In this document: piece after piece, positions 18,137 through 26,791 of the stretch | Numbering within the stretch: position 1 is the first letter of the stretch | Layout of the letters: each line of letters begins with the position of its first letter | DNA from: a bacterium | GTDB taxonomy: Bacteria > Patescibacteriota > Andersenbacteria > UBA10190 | NCBI GenBank assembly: GCA_027624555.1 | Contig: JAQBWN010000002.1 | Span: 1-59,524, forward strand | DNA length: 59,524 bases | Direction of reading: 5' to 3' | The notes under the pieces: model-generated | Told to the model about the DNA's origin: nothing | The model's database searches: none | What the model saw: only the letters and a program-made list of their open reading frames with translations | Translations under genes and position numbers: made by a program

Positions 18137-19211
18137 ATGAATTCCATCCCAGAAACTATCGAAAACATAACACGGCGGCTGAGGGAACTTGCCGACCGTC
18201 TTTGACGTTGCAAAAAAGGAACAGCGAGCCGCGGAAATAACTGCGCTGCAAGACGATGCTGCTTTTTGGAAAACGCGAGAACTGGCAAGCGCGCTTACGC
18301 AAGAACTGGCGGAACTAAACCGCGACATTTCGCATATACGAGACATCGAAAAAAATCTTACTGACCAAAAAGAGTTATATGAAATGGCACAAAGTGAATC
18401 TGATGAGCAGACACTAAATGATGTCGCTAATACTCTTGAGCAAATAGATACAACACTAAAAGAACGCGAGCGGCTGATACATTTTAACGGACCGCACGAT
18501 ACCAACAATGCAATTGTCACCATTCAATCTGGTGCCGGCGGTACAGACGCCCAAGACTGGGCAGAAATGTTAGAACGCATGTATTTGCGATATGCAGAAA
18601 AACGAGGATGGAAAACGATACTACTGGATAGAATGCCCGGCGAAGAAGCGGGCATTAAACACTCAACGTTTATTGTGCAAGGAAGCCACGTATTTGGAAT
18701 ACTCAAAAGCGAACACGGCGTACACCGCTTGGTTCGACTTTCGCCGTTCAATGCTAAAAACTTGCGCCAAACATCATTTGCTCGGGTTGAAATATTACCG
18801 GAGTTGAAGGAAAAAGAAATTCCAGCTATCGACCCAAAAGACTTAGTTATAGACACCTTCCGTGCCAGTGGAGCAGGGGGGCAGCATGTGAATAAAACGA
18901 GTTCAGCAGTGCGCATCCATCACCTACCAACTGGAATAGTGACTCAGTCACAGTCGCAACGCTCACAAACGCAAAATAAGGCAACAGCAATGTCCTTTTT
19001 AGCAGCGAAATTACAAATTCTCATAGAAGAACAAAAAGTACAGGAAGTAAAAGACTTACGAGGTACGCATCAACAAGCCGCATTTGGAAGTCAAATACGC
19101 TCGTACGTACTGCATCCATATACGTTAGTGAAAGATCACCGTTCAAATGTTGAGACTCATAATGCTACAGCAGTTTTAGAAGGAGACCTAGATGCATTTG
19201 TGATATACTAA
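18137..19211 (+). CDS. prfB: peptide chain release factor 2, programmed +1 frameshift (18137..18202 joined to 18204..19211)
   Basis: Frame 0 encodes MNSIPETIENITRRLRELADRL and ends at CTT TGA C. The +1 frame continues DVAKKEQ... and contains the SPF and GGQ motifs. Confidence 0.9.
18200..18206 (+). other. RF2 autoregulatory +1 frameshift site CTT TGA C
   Basis: The classical slippery CUU followed by an in-frame UGA and then C. No SD-like element 3 nt upstream. Confidence 0.85.
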
Positions 19212-19217
19212 CCAGAC

Positions 19218-19898
19218 ATGATTACGTTTACAAAAGTCTCGAAGAAATATGCGGATTTAAGCCCGGCGCTTCAGGAAGTAACCATTAAAATACCGACGGG
19301 AGACTTTGTCTCTATTGTTGGGCAAAGCGGCGCGGGCAAATCCACCATGCTCAAGTTGCTATCCGCAGAAGAAAAACCAACACAAGGAAACATTGTTATA
19401 GACGGATGGGATATTACAAAGATAAAAAACTGGCAAGTACCATACCTTAGAAGGCAAATAGGAGTAGTGTTTCAAGATTTTAAATTACTTCCCAAGCGCA
19501 CCGCATTTGAAAATATTGCATTTGCTATGGAGGTAGGGGGCGCTCAACCAAAAGAAATTCGCACATCAGTTTCTCAAATATTAAAACTAGTAAACCTTAC
19601 AGATAAAGCGCATACGTATCCGAATGAAATGTCTGGTGGAGAGCGTCAGCGAGTTTCTATTGCTCGCGCACTGGCATACAAGCCTCAAATTTTACTCGCA
19701 GATGAACCAACGGGAAATTTAGATGCGCTAAACTCTTGGGATATTGTGCAACTTTTAATGAAGATAAACAGATTAGGCACTACGGTACTTCTTGCAACTC
19801 ACAATGACGATATTGTAAATGCGCTCAAAAAACGTGTGATAACATTAAACCAAGGTAAAATAATATCTGACCAACAAGCAGGTACATACAAACTATGA
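19218..19898 (+). CDS. ftsE: cell division ATP-binding protein FtsE
   Basis: GQSGAGKST, MSGGERQR and LLADEPTGNLD motifs. ftsX follows with a 4-nt overlap. Confidence 0.9.
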   Translation: MITFTKVSKKYADLSPALQEVTIKIPTGDFVSIVGQSGAGKSTMLKLLSAEEKPTQGNIVIDGWDITKIKNWQVPYLRRQIGVVFQDFKLLPKRTAFENIAFAMEVGGAQPKEIRTSVSQILKLVNLTDKAHTYPNEMSGGERQRVSIARALAYKPQILLADEPTGNLDALNSWDIVQLLMKINRLGTTVLLATHNDDIVNALKKRVITLNQGKIISDQQAGTYKL

Positions 19899-20818
19899 TT
19901 GGCATATCTTTTTTTAGAGTAATTCGCAACGCGTTCCGAAACTTTCGAAGAAACGTGTGGCTTTCTATTGCCACTACATTAATAATGACATTGACGCTAT
20001 GTATCATTTTATTTTTGTACACAGTAAATGTTTTGGGAAGAGAGTTCTTGCGAAACGTAGAGCAGAAGGTGGATATTGCGGTAACCTTCAAAGACACAAC
20101 ACAGCTTTCAGAAATTAACACGATTCAAAAAGATATTGCTGCCAGATCGGATGTGCAAAATACGCGCATTGTAACCAGCGATGAAGCCTTAGCAGAATAC
20201 AGAAAACGCCATGCGGATAATCCATATATTGAAGAAGCTTTGAAAGAGCTTAACTCAAACCCGCTACCTAATAGCATGTACATTGTAGCAAAAGACCCTC
20301 AATTTTATGAAAATATTACAAGCAGTTTGCGTTCCAATCAATACGAAGAGTATATAGAAAAAATAAACTTTCAAGATACTAAAATTATAATAGAGAAAAT
20401 GATTCGCATTATGAATATTATCAAAACTGCGGCGATTATTGCCACAGGGATATTTGGTTTACTAGTGATACTTATTATGTTCAACACCATTCGGCTCGCC
20501 ATTTATAGCTTTAGGGAAGAAATAGATATCATGAGGCTGGTTGGTGCTTCTAGGTGGTATATTCAGGGTCCCTTTCTTATGGAATCTGTGCTCGTTGCAT
20601 TAATTAGCGTAAGTATTGCTACAACTATTTTATACGTTTCACTTAATACTATGGCAAAAAATGTGAATCTTTTTGTCTTTACGGGACAAAACACCAATTT
20701 TGATATTTACCAATATGCCGTATCTCACTGGATTCAAATTATAGGGCTCCAACTCGTAGCTGCTATCAGCCTTGCAGTACTCTCTAGCTACGTCGCGATT
20801 CGAAGATATTTACGATAG
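19895..20818 (+). CDS. ftsX: cell division permease FtsX
   Basis: N-terminal TM helix, periplasmic domain, then 3 C-terminal TM helices (FtsX-like). Coupled to ftsE. Confidence 0.85.
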   Translation: MIGISFFRVIRNAFRNFRRNVWLSIATTLIMTLTLCIILFLYTVNVLGREFLRNVEQKVDIAVTFKDTTQLSEINTIQKDIAARSDVQNTRIVTSDEALAEYRKRHADNPYIEEALKELNSNPLPNSMYIVAKDPQFYENITSSLRSNQYEEYIEKINFQDTKIIIEKMIRIMNIIKTAAIIATGIFGLLVILIMFNTIRLAIYSFREEIDIMRLVGASRWYIQGPFLMESVLVALISVSIATTILYVSLNTMAKNVNLFVFTGQNTNFDIYQYAVSHWIQIIGLQLVAAISLAVLSSYVAIRRYLR

Positions 20819-21712
20819 AGATTTTAAAATATCATCAAAAGCAACTGGTAATTCTTGTATATTTATAAGTGGTGCTTGGCTTAATGCGTCATACAATGCA
20901 GGCAAGTAGCGAGAATTGCGAATAGTAATCCGTATACATGTTCCGTCCAACTGATCCGTAGGAATAAGCCGTACTTCTAGCACGCCTGGGTGAGAGCGAA
21001 GCTTCCGCAACAAGTCGTATCGCATACCTTCTACCCATGCATCAACAACACGCGATGTTCCGGTAGCATGCGCTATCTCATTTTTTGTACCCATACTCAC
21101 CATGCAAAGTTTATGTAAAAGCAAAATGGGTATTTGCAACGCCTCGGCTACAGCTACGCTACGAGTTGCAATACAAACTGTTCTTCCAAGAAAAATTGTG
21201 GCAAGCAAAGCTTTCATTTCTGCAGCGCCAACTACATCTGCCACATCATCAAATAATAAAATAGGTGCCTCAGAGAGCGCAGCTTTCGCCAACTTTACCC
21301 TCACTTTTTCAGTTGTTGATAGATGCTGAATATTTTTTTGCATTACATGGTGAATGCCTAGAACTTGCGTAATCTCACCAATTTTTGCTGGCAAATTTTG
21401 AATTCCTTGCTCAAGTCCAAAATCGTGCAATACATCATGCACTGTTTCATGCGCTAAATCATTACTTTCCACAGAAACATACCCCGCGTTGTTACTAGGA
21501 GTTGCATCCGGATTTGTGCCATTTACAATTACCGACCCAAAATCGGGTTTTATTGCACCGCTTAAGAGTTTTAATAAAGTGGTTTTTCCGGAAGTACTAT
21601 GCCCAAAGACTGCGATATGTGACCCATGATCCAATGAAAAAGATATGTCTTTTAATACAGGTTCATGGTACGACGCATGTACATGTCGAAGTTCTATAAA
21701 AGCCCCTTCCAT
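20810..21712 (-). CDS. ABC-type ATPase-like protein with degenerate signature motifs
   Basis: Walker A GHSTSGKTT; the signature motif is replaced by LSTTEKVRV; Walker B is ILLFDD without the catalytic Glu. Extra C-terminal domain. Confidence 0.6.
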   Translation of the reverse strand: MEGAFIELRHVHASYHEPVLKDISFSLDHGSHIAVFGHSTSGKTTLLKLLSGAIKPDFGSVIVNGTNPDATPSNNAGYVSVESNDLAHETVHDVLHDFGLEQGIQNLPAKIGEITQVLGIHHVMQKNIQHLSTTEKVRVKLAKAALSEAPILLFDDVADVVGAAEMKALLATIFLGRTVCIATRSVAVAEALQIPILLLHKLCMVSMGTKNEIAHATGTSRVVDAWVEGMRYDLLRKLRSHPGVLEVRLIPTDQLDGTCIRITIRNSRYLPALYDALSQAPLINIQELPVAFDDILKSLS

Positions 21713-21718
21713 TTAACC

Positions 21719-21727
21719 AGTATACCA
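21719..21727 (-). promoter_or_regulatory. extended -10 box TGGTATACT, 6 nt before ATG 21712
   Basis: The minus strand reads TGGTATACT-GGTTAA-ATG. Confidence 0.45.
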
Positions 21728-21737
21728 CAGTGGAAGT

Positions 21738-21983
21738 TTACCGAGAACGCAACGGTTTTATATGGGAAGCAATGGAAATAACTAAACCAATAAGTGCAAT
21801 GTTTTTTATAACATATTGCCCTTCAAGCGTAGGCACAAATGGCGCATCCCAAGAAACGGTTGGAAGCAGAATAAGCACCATACCAGTCATCACCATGTGC
21901 AAAGCAAATAATAAAATAGAGAGTCGGTCGAATTTTGAAAACAAAAATAATATTCCGATAAGAACTTCAAATATGCCGAACAA
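21738..21983 (-). CDS. small membrane protein, possibly a fragment of a DoxX/YkgB-like protein
   Basis: 81 aa with 3 TM segments. Only a TTG start, 9 nt after tRNA-Gln. No promoter or SD seen. Confidence 0.35.
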   Translation of the reverse strand: MFGIFEVLIGILFLFSKFDRLSILLFALHMVMTGMVLILLPTVSWDAPFVPTLEGQYVIKNIALIGLVISIASHIKPLRSR

Positions 21984-21992
21984 TACAATTTG

Positions 21993-22063
21993 TTCCGGGA
22001 CAGGGATTCGAACCCCAGTTTTCAGATTCAGAGTCTGACGTCCTGCCGCTAGACGATCCCGGA
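21993..22063 (-). tRNA. tRNA-Gln (anticodon CUG)
   Basis: Acceptor TCCGGGA/TCCCGGA, anticodon stem TCAGA/TCTGA with loop CTCTGAA, T-loop TTCGAAT. Paralogous to the tRNA at 1849-1919. Confidence 0.85.
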
Positions 22064-22113
22064 TTGTATATGAATAATGTTAGTTTCCGTGAAAAAGGGG
22101 AATTACGCAAGCA

Positions 22114-22146
22114 TAAAAAAACCGCGGGCAACAAGTACCACGCGGT
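22114..22146 (-). terminator. rho-independent terminator downstream of the fae-like ORF
   Basis: The minus strand reads ACCGCG-N14-CGCGGT followed by a T7 run. Confidence 0.55.
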
Positions 22147-22185
22147 CGAATGAATTCTTTCGGGTAGGATTTTAAAACCTATTCG

Positions 22186-22659
22186 TCAGAGCTCGTCCCC
22201 GTCTCCAACTGCATCCGCTGCCGATGAAGCCATGTTGGTGGCGGGTTGTTCTGCTGATTCGTCGAAGAACGGATGAACGGCCGTATCGCGCTGAGCGATG
22301 ACTTCGTCTGCACTTGGTTCGCCACCCCTGGCTCGTTTGATCGCCAGTTTGACGGCTTCGTAGTTGTACTGGTAAATCTTTTTGTCGTCAGCTGCTTCCC
22401 AGTGAATAAAGACACCGCAGATGATGACCAGATTTTCAGCCTGGCTTTTTGGGAACGCGCCGGATTTTACACTGTCCGTGACGGCGTCGCCCACTGCTTT
22501 TTGTGCTGGTCCGAACATCTGAACGGCCTGTCGACCACCTTTGATTGTGGCTTTTGTGATCATGACGGTAGCGGGTTTGACGATCAGGTTTGGCGTTCAA
22601 ACATGGACATAAACTGCTCCCGAATTGAAACGAACCATTAATATGTAATCATCAGCCAT
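22186..22659 (-). pseudogene. fae: formaldehyde-activating enzyme (Fae) homologue, N-terminally truncated with an in-frame TGA
   Basis: RQAVQMFGPAQ, VFIHWEAADDKKIYQYNYEA.KLAIKRA and HPF closely match the Fae C-terminal two-thirds. Homology (TPNLIVKPATV) continues upstream of ATG 22563 through the TGA at 22597-22599. Visibly higher GC than the flanks. Confidence 0.7.
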
Positions 22660-22698
22660 TGCTGAAGACCGATACTTTGTACTATAAGAGAGTCATTC

Positions 22699-22728
22699 TT
22701 GTCAATAATAAGATTTACTTGGTATAGT
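22699..22728 (+). promoter_or_regulatory. rpiB promoter: -35 TTGTCA, 18-nt spacer, extended -10 TGGTATAGT, 6 nt before the ATG
   Basis: TTGTCA at 22699-22704, TATAGT at 22723-22728, ATG at 22735. Confidence 0.55.
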
Positions 22729-22734
22729 AGGGAA

Positions 22735-23184
22735 ATGGAAATATACATTGGCGCAGATCATCGAGGGTTTCGGATGAAAAACGACTTATTGCTTTGGTTT
22801 CATAATCACGGGTACCAAGTTACAGATATTGGAGGTCACAAAGAAGATCCGGAAGATAATTACCCAGAGTATGCCGAACTACTTGCCGAAGCCGTTGCGC
22901 AGGATCCGGAAAATAGGCGGGGAATTTTACTGTGTGGCTCTGGGGCGGGTATGGCGATTGCCGCAAATAAAGTAAAAGGAATTCGAGCAGCGCTTATTCA
23001 TGACGCACGTATCGCAAAGAGCGCGCGCAACGATGATAATATTAACGTGTTAGCACTTGGCGCAGATTTTGTTTCCAGCGATACAGCTGAGCAAGTGATT
23101 CAAGCGTTTTTGAAAACGCCTTTTTCTGGAGCAGATAAGCATGTGAAAAGAATTGGGCAGATTGCGAAAATGGAAGGGAAGTAG
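22735..23184 (+). CDS. rpiB: ribose-5-phosphate isomerase B
   Basis: MEIYIGADHRGF and LLCGSGAGMAIAANKVKGIRAA motifs. Confidence 0.9.
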   Translation: MEIYIGADHRGFRMKNDLLLWFHNHGYQVTDIGGHKEDPEDNYPEYAELLAEAVAQDPENRRGILLCGSGAGMAIAANKVKGIRAALIHDARIAKSARNDDNINVLALGADFVSSDTAEQVIQAFLKTPFSGADKHVKRIGQIAKMEGK

Positions 23185-23249
23185 GATTTCTTTATAATGA
23201 CACTAAGCATAAATAAAACACGCGACTTGATAGGACAATCCATGCGACG

Positions 23250-23277
23250 TGGATTCCGGGTCAAGCCCGGAATGACA
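23250..23277 (+). repeat. GC-rich hairpin repeat, family R3
   Basis: TGGATTCCGGG-TCAAG-CCCGGAATGACA. A related copy lies at 32171-32199. Confidence 0.75.
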
Positions 23278-23282
23278 ACGCT

Positions 23283-23972
23283 ATGACAGACATAGAAATA
23301 GTTCCGGCAATATTACGGAATACATTTGAAAAAATTACAGAGGATTGGAATACAGTAGTTCCAGTTGCAAAGCATATCCAAGTAGATGTTACTGATGGAA
23401 TATTTGCAGGAGAGAAGGGTTTTTTAGACATAACCAGATTTGCAGAATTACCAGAAAGTTCTTTTAACGACTTTAGTACGGCAAAACTTGAATTGCATAT
23501 GATGGTTCAAACGCCGGGAGATTTTGTAGACGATATTATAGAATTAAACCCTGCGCGATGCGTATTCCACATTGAAGCGTTCCAGGGCAAACTAGATTTG
23601 CCATTTGTGTACAACACAATAGGAGAATATACGAGCACCGAACTCGGGCTTGCGATAAATCCAAATACACCGATAGAGCGCCTTGATGAGTATCTACCGA
23701 TTATCCAATATATTTTATTTATGGGATATGAGCCAGGAATTGCGAACCAGCCGATAAATCCGTCCGTATTTGAAAAAATTTCAACTTTTCATAAAAATCA
23801 TCCGACTATAAAAATATCCGTTGATGGTCACGTAACAGCAGAAACTATTCCAAAATACGTAACATCAGGAGCGAGTATTCTAAATGCCAACACTTCTATT
23901 TTTGGGATAGGTAATCCACAAGAAAACATGAAGCAATTAGAGCTCATAGCGCAAATGGCAGGCCTTCCGTAA
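23283..23972 (+). CDS. rpe: ribulose-phosphate 3-epimerase-like protein
   Basis: VPAIL, HIQVDVTDGIFA, LELHMMV and ISVDGHV match the Rpe TIM-barrel pattern. Sits in the pentose phosphate operon. Confidence 0.7.
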   Translation: MTDIEIVPAILRNTFEKITEDWNTVVPVAKHIQVDVTDGIFAGEKGFLDITRFAELPESSFNDFSTAKLELHMMVQTPGDFVDDIIELNPARCVFHIEAFQGKLDLPFVYNTIGEYTSTELGLAINPNTPIERLDEYLPIIQYILFMGYEPGIANQPINPSVFEKISTFHKNHPTIKISVDGHVTAETIPKYVTSGASILNANTSIFGIGNPQENMKQLELIAQMAGLP

Positions 23973-23978
23973 AAAAAA

Positions 23979-23987
23979 TGGTATACT
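23979..23987 (+). promoter_or_regulatory. extended -10 box TGGTATACT, 6 nt before tkt ATG
   Basis: TGGTATACT-GCTAAC-ATG 23994. Confidence 0.45.
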
Positions 23988-23993
23988 GCTAAC

Positions 23994-24848
23994 ATGGAGC
24001 GCCTTACAACCGAAGCAGACCTCACGCGGATGGCAAATACCGTTCGCAAAGATATTATTAAAATGTTACTTGCCGCAGGTTCTGGGCATAGCGCTGGTCC
24101 GCTTGACTTGGCAGATATTGCAACAGCACTCTACTTTAATATTTTAAATTTTAGCCCGAAGCAAAAAACGGACCCAGACAGAGACCGTCTGTATGTTTCG
24201 TGTGGCCACACAGCACCCGTATGGTACGCAGTGCTTGCCCGAGCAGGATTTTTTCCAATTGAAGAATTACAAACGCTTCGTAAATTAGGCTCTCGCCTAC
24301 AAGGGCATATCGACAGGCTCACAACACCGGGTATTGAAAGTTCGGCCGCCAGCCTCGGCCAAGGGCTTTCTATAGCATGCGGATCTGCGTATGCAAGTAA
24401 AATGGATAAAAAAACGTATCAAACATATGTTCTCCTTTCTGATGGGGAACACGACGAAGGCTCAACATGGGAAGCGATATCGTTTGCTGGGCATTACAAA
24501 CTTTCCCATTTAACGGCAATTATTGATAGAAACAACATTCAAATAGATGGGCCAACAGAAACGGTCATGAAAAAGGAAAACTTAAAAGACAGATACGAAG
24601 CATTTGGATGGCATGTCATAGAAATAAATGGGCACAACATGGAAGCAATTATAGACGCGTGCAATGAAGCGAAGGCAATTGTGGAATACCCCGTATGCAT
24701 CATCGCTCACACCATTGCAGGTAAAGGTGTTGATTTTATGGAATACAAATTTGAATGGCATGGCAATCCACCCAACAAAGAACAAGCAAGAGATGCGCTG
24801 AGGCAGCTGAGAAGTCTTGATAATAAAATTAACCCGTCAGATCTATAA
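23994..24848 (+). CDS. tkt: transketolase, N-terminal subunit
   Basis: GSGHSAGPLDLADI and the ThDP-binding LSDGEHDEGSTWEA motif. Split-gene form. Confidence 0.9.
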   Translation: MERLTTEADLTRMANTVRKDIIKMLLAAGSGHSAGPLDLADIATALYFNILNFSPKQKTDPDRDRLYVSCGHTAPVWYAVLARAGFFPIEELQTLRKLGSRLQGHIDRLTTPGIESSAASLGQGLSIACGSAYASKMDKKTYQTYVLLSDGEHDEGSTWEAISFAGHYKLSHLTAIIDRNNIQIDGPTETVMKKENLKDRYEAFGWHVIEINGHNMEAIIDACNEAKAIVEYPVCIIAHTIAGKGVDFMEYKFEWHGNPPNKEQARDALRQLRSLDNKINPSDL

Positions 24849-24850
24849 CC

Positions 24851-25840
24851 ATGAGTAATTTTTCAAAAGCTGCGCATTTGTCCCCGGCAACACTCCGTCA
24901 CGATGTGCACATGGCTCCTACAAGAGACGGATACGGAATTGGTGTAGTTGAACTGGGTGAAAACGACGAACGCATAGCCGTGCTCTGCGCAGACCTTGCC
25001 GAATCAACTCGCAGTAATTTGTTTCGAGAAAAATTTCCTGAACGCTTTATAGAAATGGGTGTTGCAGAACAAAACATGGCAAACGTAGCTGTAGGACTTT
25101 CGCTAAACGGGAAAATTCCTTTCATTGCCACCTACGCAGTATTTTCCCCAGGCAGAAATTGGGACCAAATCCGCATTTCTTCGTGCTACAACAACGCCAA
25201 CGTAAAATTTATTGGTGCACATGCGGGCATTTCTGTGGGCCCAGACGGGGGAACGCACCAAGCACTAGAAGATATTGCACTTACCCGCGTACTACCAAAC
25301 ATGACCGTTCTTGTACCATGCGATAGTGAAGAGGCACGCAAAGCAATTCACGCAGCGGCAAAAATAAATGGACCGGTATACATTCGCCTTGCGCGGGTAG
25401 CAACCCCCGTATTTACCACAGAAAAAACTCCGTTTACTGTTGGCAAAGCTTTGCAACTTCGTGACGGAGACGACGTCGCCATCATCGGTGCTGGCCCTAT
25501 TATGCATAGCGCACTTGTTGCCGCCCACCAGTTGGTAGAAAAAGGAATTTCCTGCCGAGTTATTAACTTACCAACTATAAAACCAATTGATTCTGACGCC
25601 ATCGAACAAGCAGCTCGTTCCTGTAGGGCAATAGTAACAGTTGAAGAGCATCAAATATTTGGCGGAGTAGGAAGTGCCATTACAGAAGTACTCGCACAAA
25701 CGTATCCTGTTCCTGTTGAGTTTATTGGAATGCACAATTCATTTGGAGAATCGGGAACACCAGAAGAACTGTTGCACAAGTACCGCATGGATGCGCCAGC
25801 AATTGTTCGTGCCGTATTAAAAGTAATAAAAAGAAAATGA
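24851..25840 (+). CDS. tkt: transketolase, C-terminal subunit
   Basis: FIEMGVAEQNM and a pyrimidine-binding plus C-terminal domain pattern. Confidence 0.9.
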   Translation: MSNFSKAAHLSPATLRHDVHMAPTRDGYGIGVVELGENDERIAVLCADLAESTRSNLFREKFPERFIEMGVAEQNMANVAVGLSLNGKIPFIATYAVFSPGRNWDQIRISSCYNNANVKFIGAHAGISVGPDGGTHQALEDIALTRVLPNMTVLVPCDSEEARKAIHAAAKINGPVYIRLARVATPVFTTEKTPFTVGKALQLRDGDDVAIIGAGPIMHSALVAAHQLVEKGISCRVINLPTIKPIDSDAIEQAARSCRAIVTVEEHQIFGGVGSAITEVLAQTYPVPVEFIGMHNSFGESGTPEELLHKYRMDAPAIVRAVLKVIKRK

Positions 25841-26337
25841 CACATCTTGTTAAAATTATTCTTATAGTTGTGGGAATTTTTATTGCAGGTGCACTGTTTG
25901 CACTTTTTTTGCCATCACGAGGCACTGAGCAACTGCCACAAGCAAACATGCCGGAAGGCAAACAACCTCCGCTGTTTTCAGATCTTCGTTTAGGCACTCC
26001 AGTTAGACCTTCGTTTGCAACGCAAGTAAACCCTCCTATTAAACAAAAAACAGAATACACCACAAATGAACCCATTATGCTCCAAGGTACTACCACTTCT
26101 TCTGCAACAAAACCTGTTACCATTTCCGTACGGCTCGTAGATGAACAAAGCAATATTATTTCCCTAAAACCAAGCACCGCAACATTTGCATTAGGCACTA
26201 ATTCGTATTGTTGTTGGGATATAAAAACACCAGGGCAGTATGTTATGCAAGTATTTCGACCAGATTCGGTGATTACGAGGCTTCCAATAAAGATAGTAAA
26301 AGACTTTGAAACGGGTGGTTCGACAAGCTCACCATAA
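25837..26337 (+). CDS. hypothetical membrane-anchored protein
   Basis: N-terminal TM helix. ATGA overlap with tktC. Confidence 0.5.
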   Translation: MTHLVKIILIVVGIFIAGALFALFLPSRGTEQLPQANMPEGKQPPLFSDLRLGTPVRPSFATQVNPPIKQKTEYTTNEPIMLQGTTTSSATKPVTISVRLVDEQSNIISLKPSTATFALGTNSYCCWDIKTPGQYVMQVFRPDSVITRLPIKIVKDFETGGSTSSP

Positions 26338-26348
26338 ACCAAATAAAC

Positions 26349-26377
26349 TTGCATTATTTGCATAAGTAGAGTATAGT
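26349..26377 (+). promoter_or_regulatory. promoter: -35 TTGCAT, 17-nt spacer, -10 TATAGT, 8 nt before ATG 26386
   Basis: Hexamers at 26349-26354 and 26372-26377. Confidence 0.5.
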
Positions 26378-26385
26378 AGGTAGTT

Positions 26386-26685
26386 ATGAATACTCGTCTT
26401 ATCACACTATCTATAGGAATAGCCGTTTTTGGATTTATTGCCGTAGCTTTCCCTGTATTTGCTGGGGAAATACACACAGCAAATTACGGTGCTGGCTTTA
26501 TGCCTTCTCCTATTTTACAGGGCGAAACTAGCACACCAAGCGTACATACGGCGAATTACGGTGCTGGATTTGCAGGCTCTCCGAATGTGATTTATGCAAA
26601 TAGCCCTCGTCGATATGGATTCTACGGTGCAGGGTACTTGCCATCACCTCGCATTATCTACGGATTCAATTGGTTCAATTGGTAA
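26386..26685 (+). CDS. small secreted repeat protein (YGAGFxPSP repeats)
   Basis: Signal peptide, then three HTANYGAGF.PSP-like repeats. Ends in WFNW. Confidence 0.55.
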   Translation: MNTRLITLSIGIAVFGFIAVAFPVFAGEIHTANYGAGFMPSPILQGETSTPSVHTANYGAGFAGSPNVIYANSPRRYGFYGAGYLPSPRIIYGFNWFNW

Positions 26686-26693
26686 AAACCCGT

Positions 26694-26722
26694 TTGACAA
26701 TTTAATACAGATGGAGTAGAGT
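26694..26722 (+). promoter_or_regulatory. promoter: -35 TTGACA, 17-nt spacer, -10 TAGAGT
   Basis: Followed by a 5' UTR hairpin CAGTAAC-AAAGTC-GTTACTG and the SD GAAGGAG. Confidence 0.5.
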
Positions 26723-26791
26723 ACCACTGAAGTCAGTAACAAAGTCGTTACTGAATGTTCATTTGATTACTAGAGAAGAAGGAGAATTTCG

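Noticed and set aside
22597-22599. The in-frame TGA in the fae-like gene as a recoded (Gly/Trp/Sec) codon
   Set aside because: The genome encodes RF2, whose own expression depends on UGA being read as a stop. Many genes here end in TGA, and the fae-like gene also lacks its N-terminal catalytic part, so a pseudogene is the simpler reading.
25722-26477. 251-aa minus-strand ORF spanning the tktC end and downstream genes
   Set aside because: It has no motifs and crosses two plus-strand genes and a promoter. The plus-strand ORFs have proper starts, TM or signal peptides and operon coupling.
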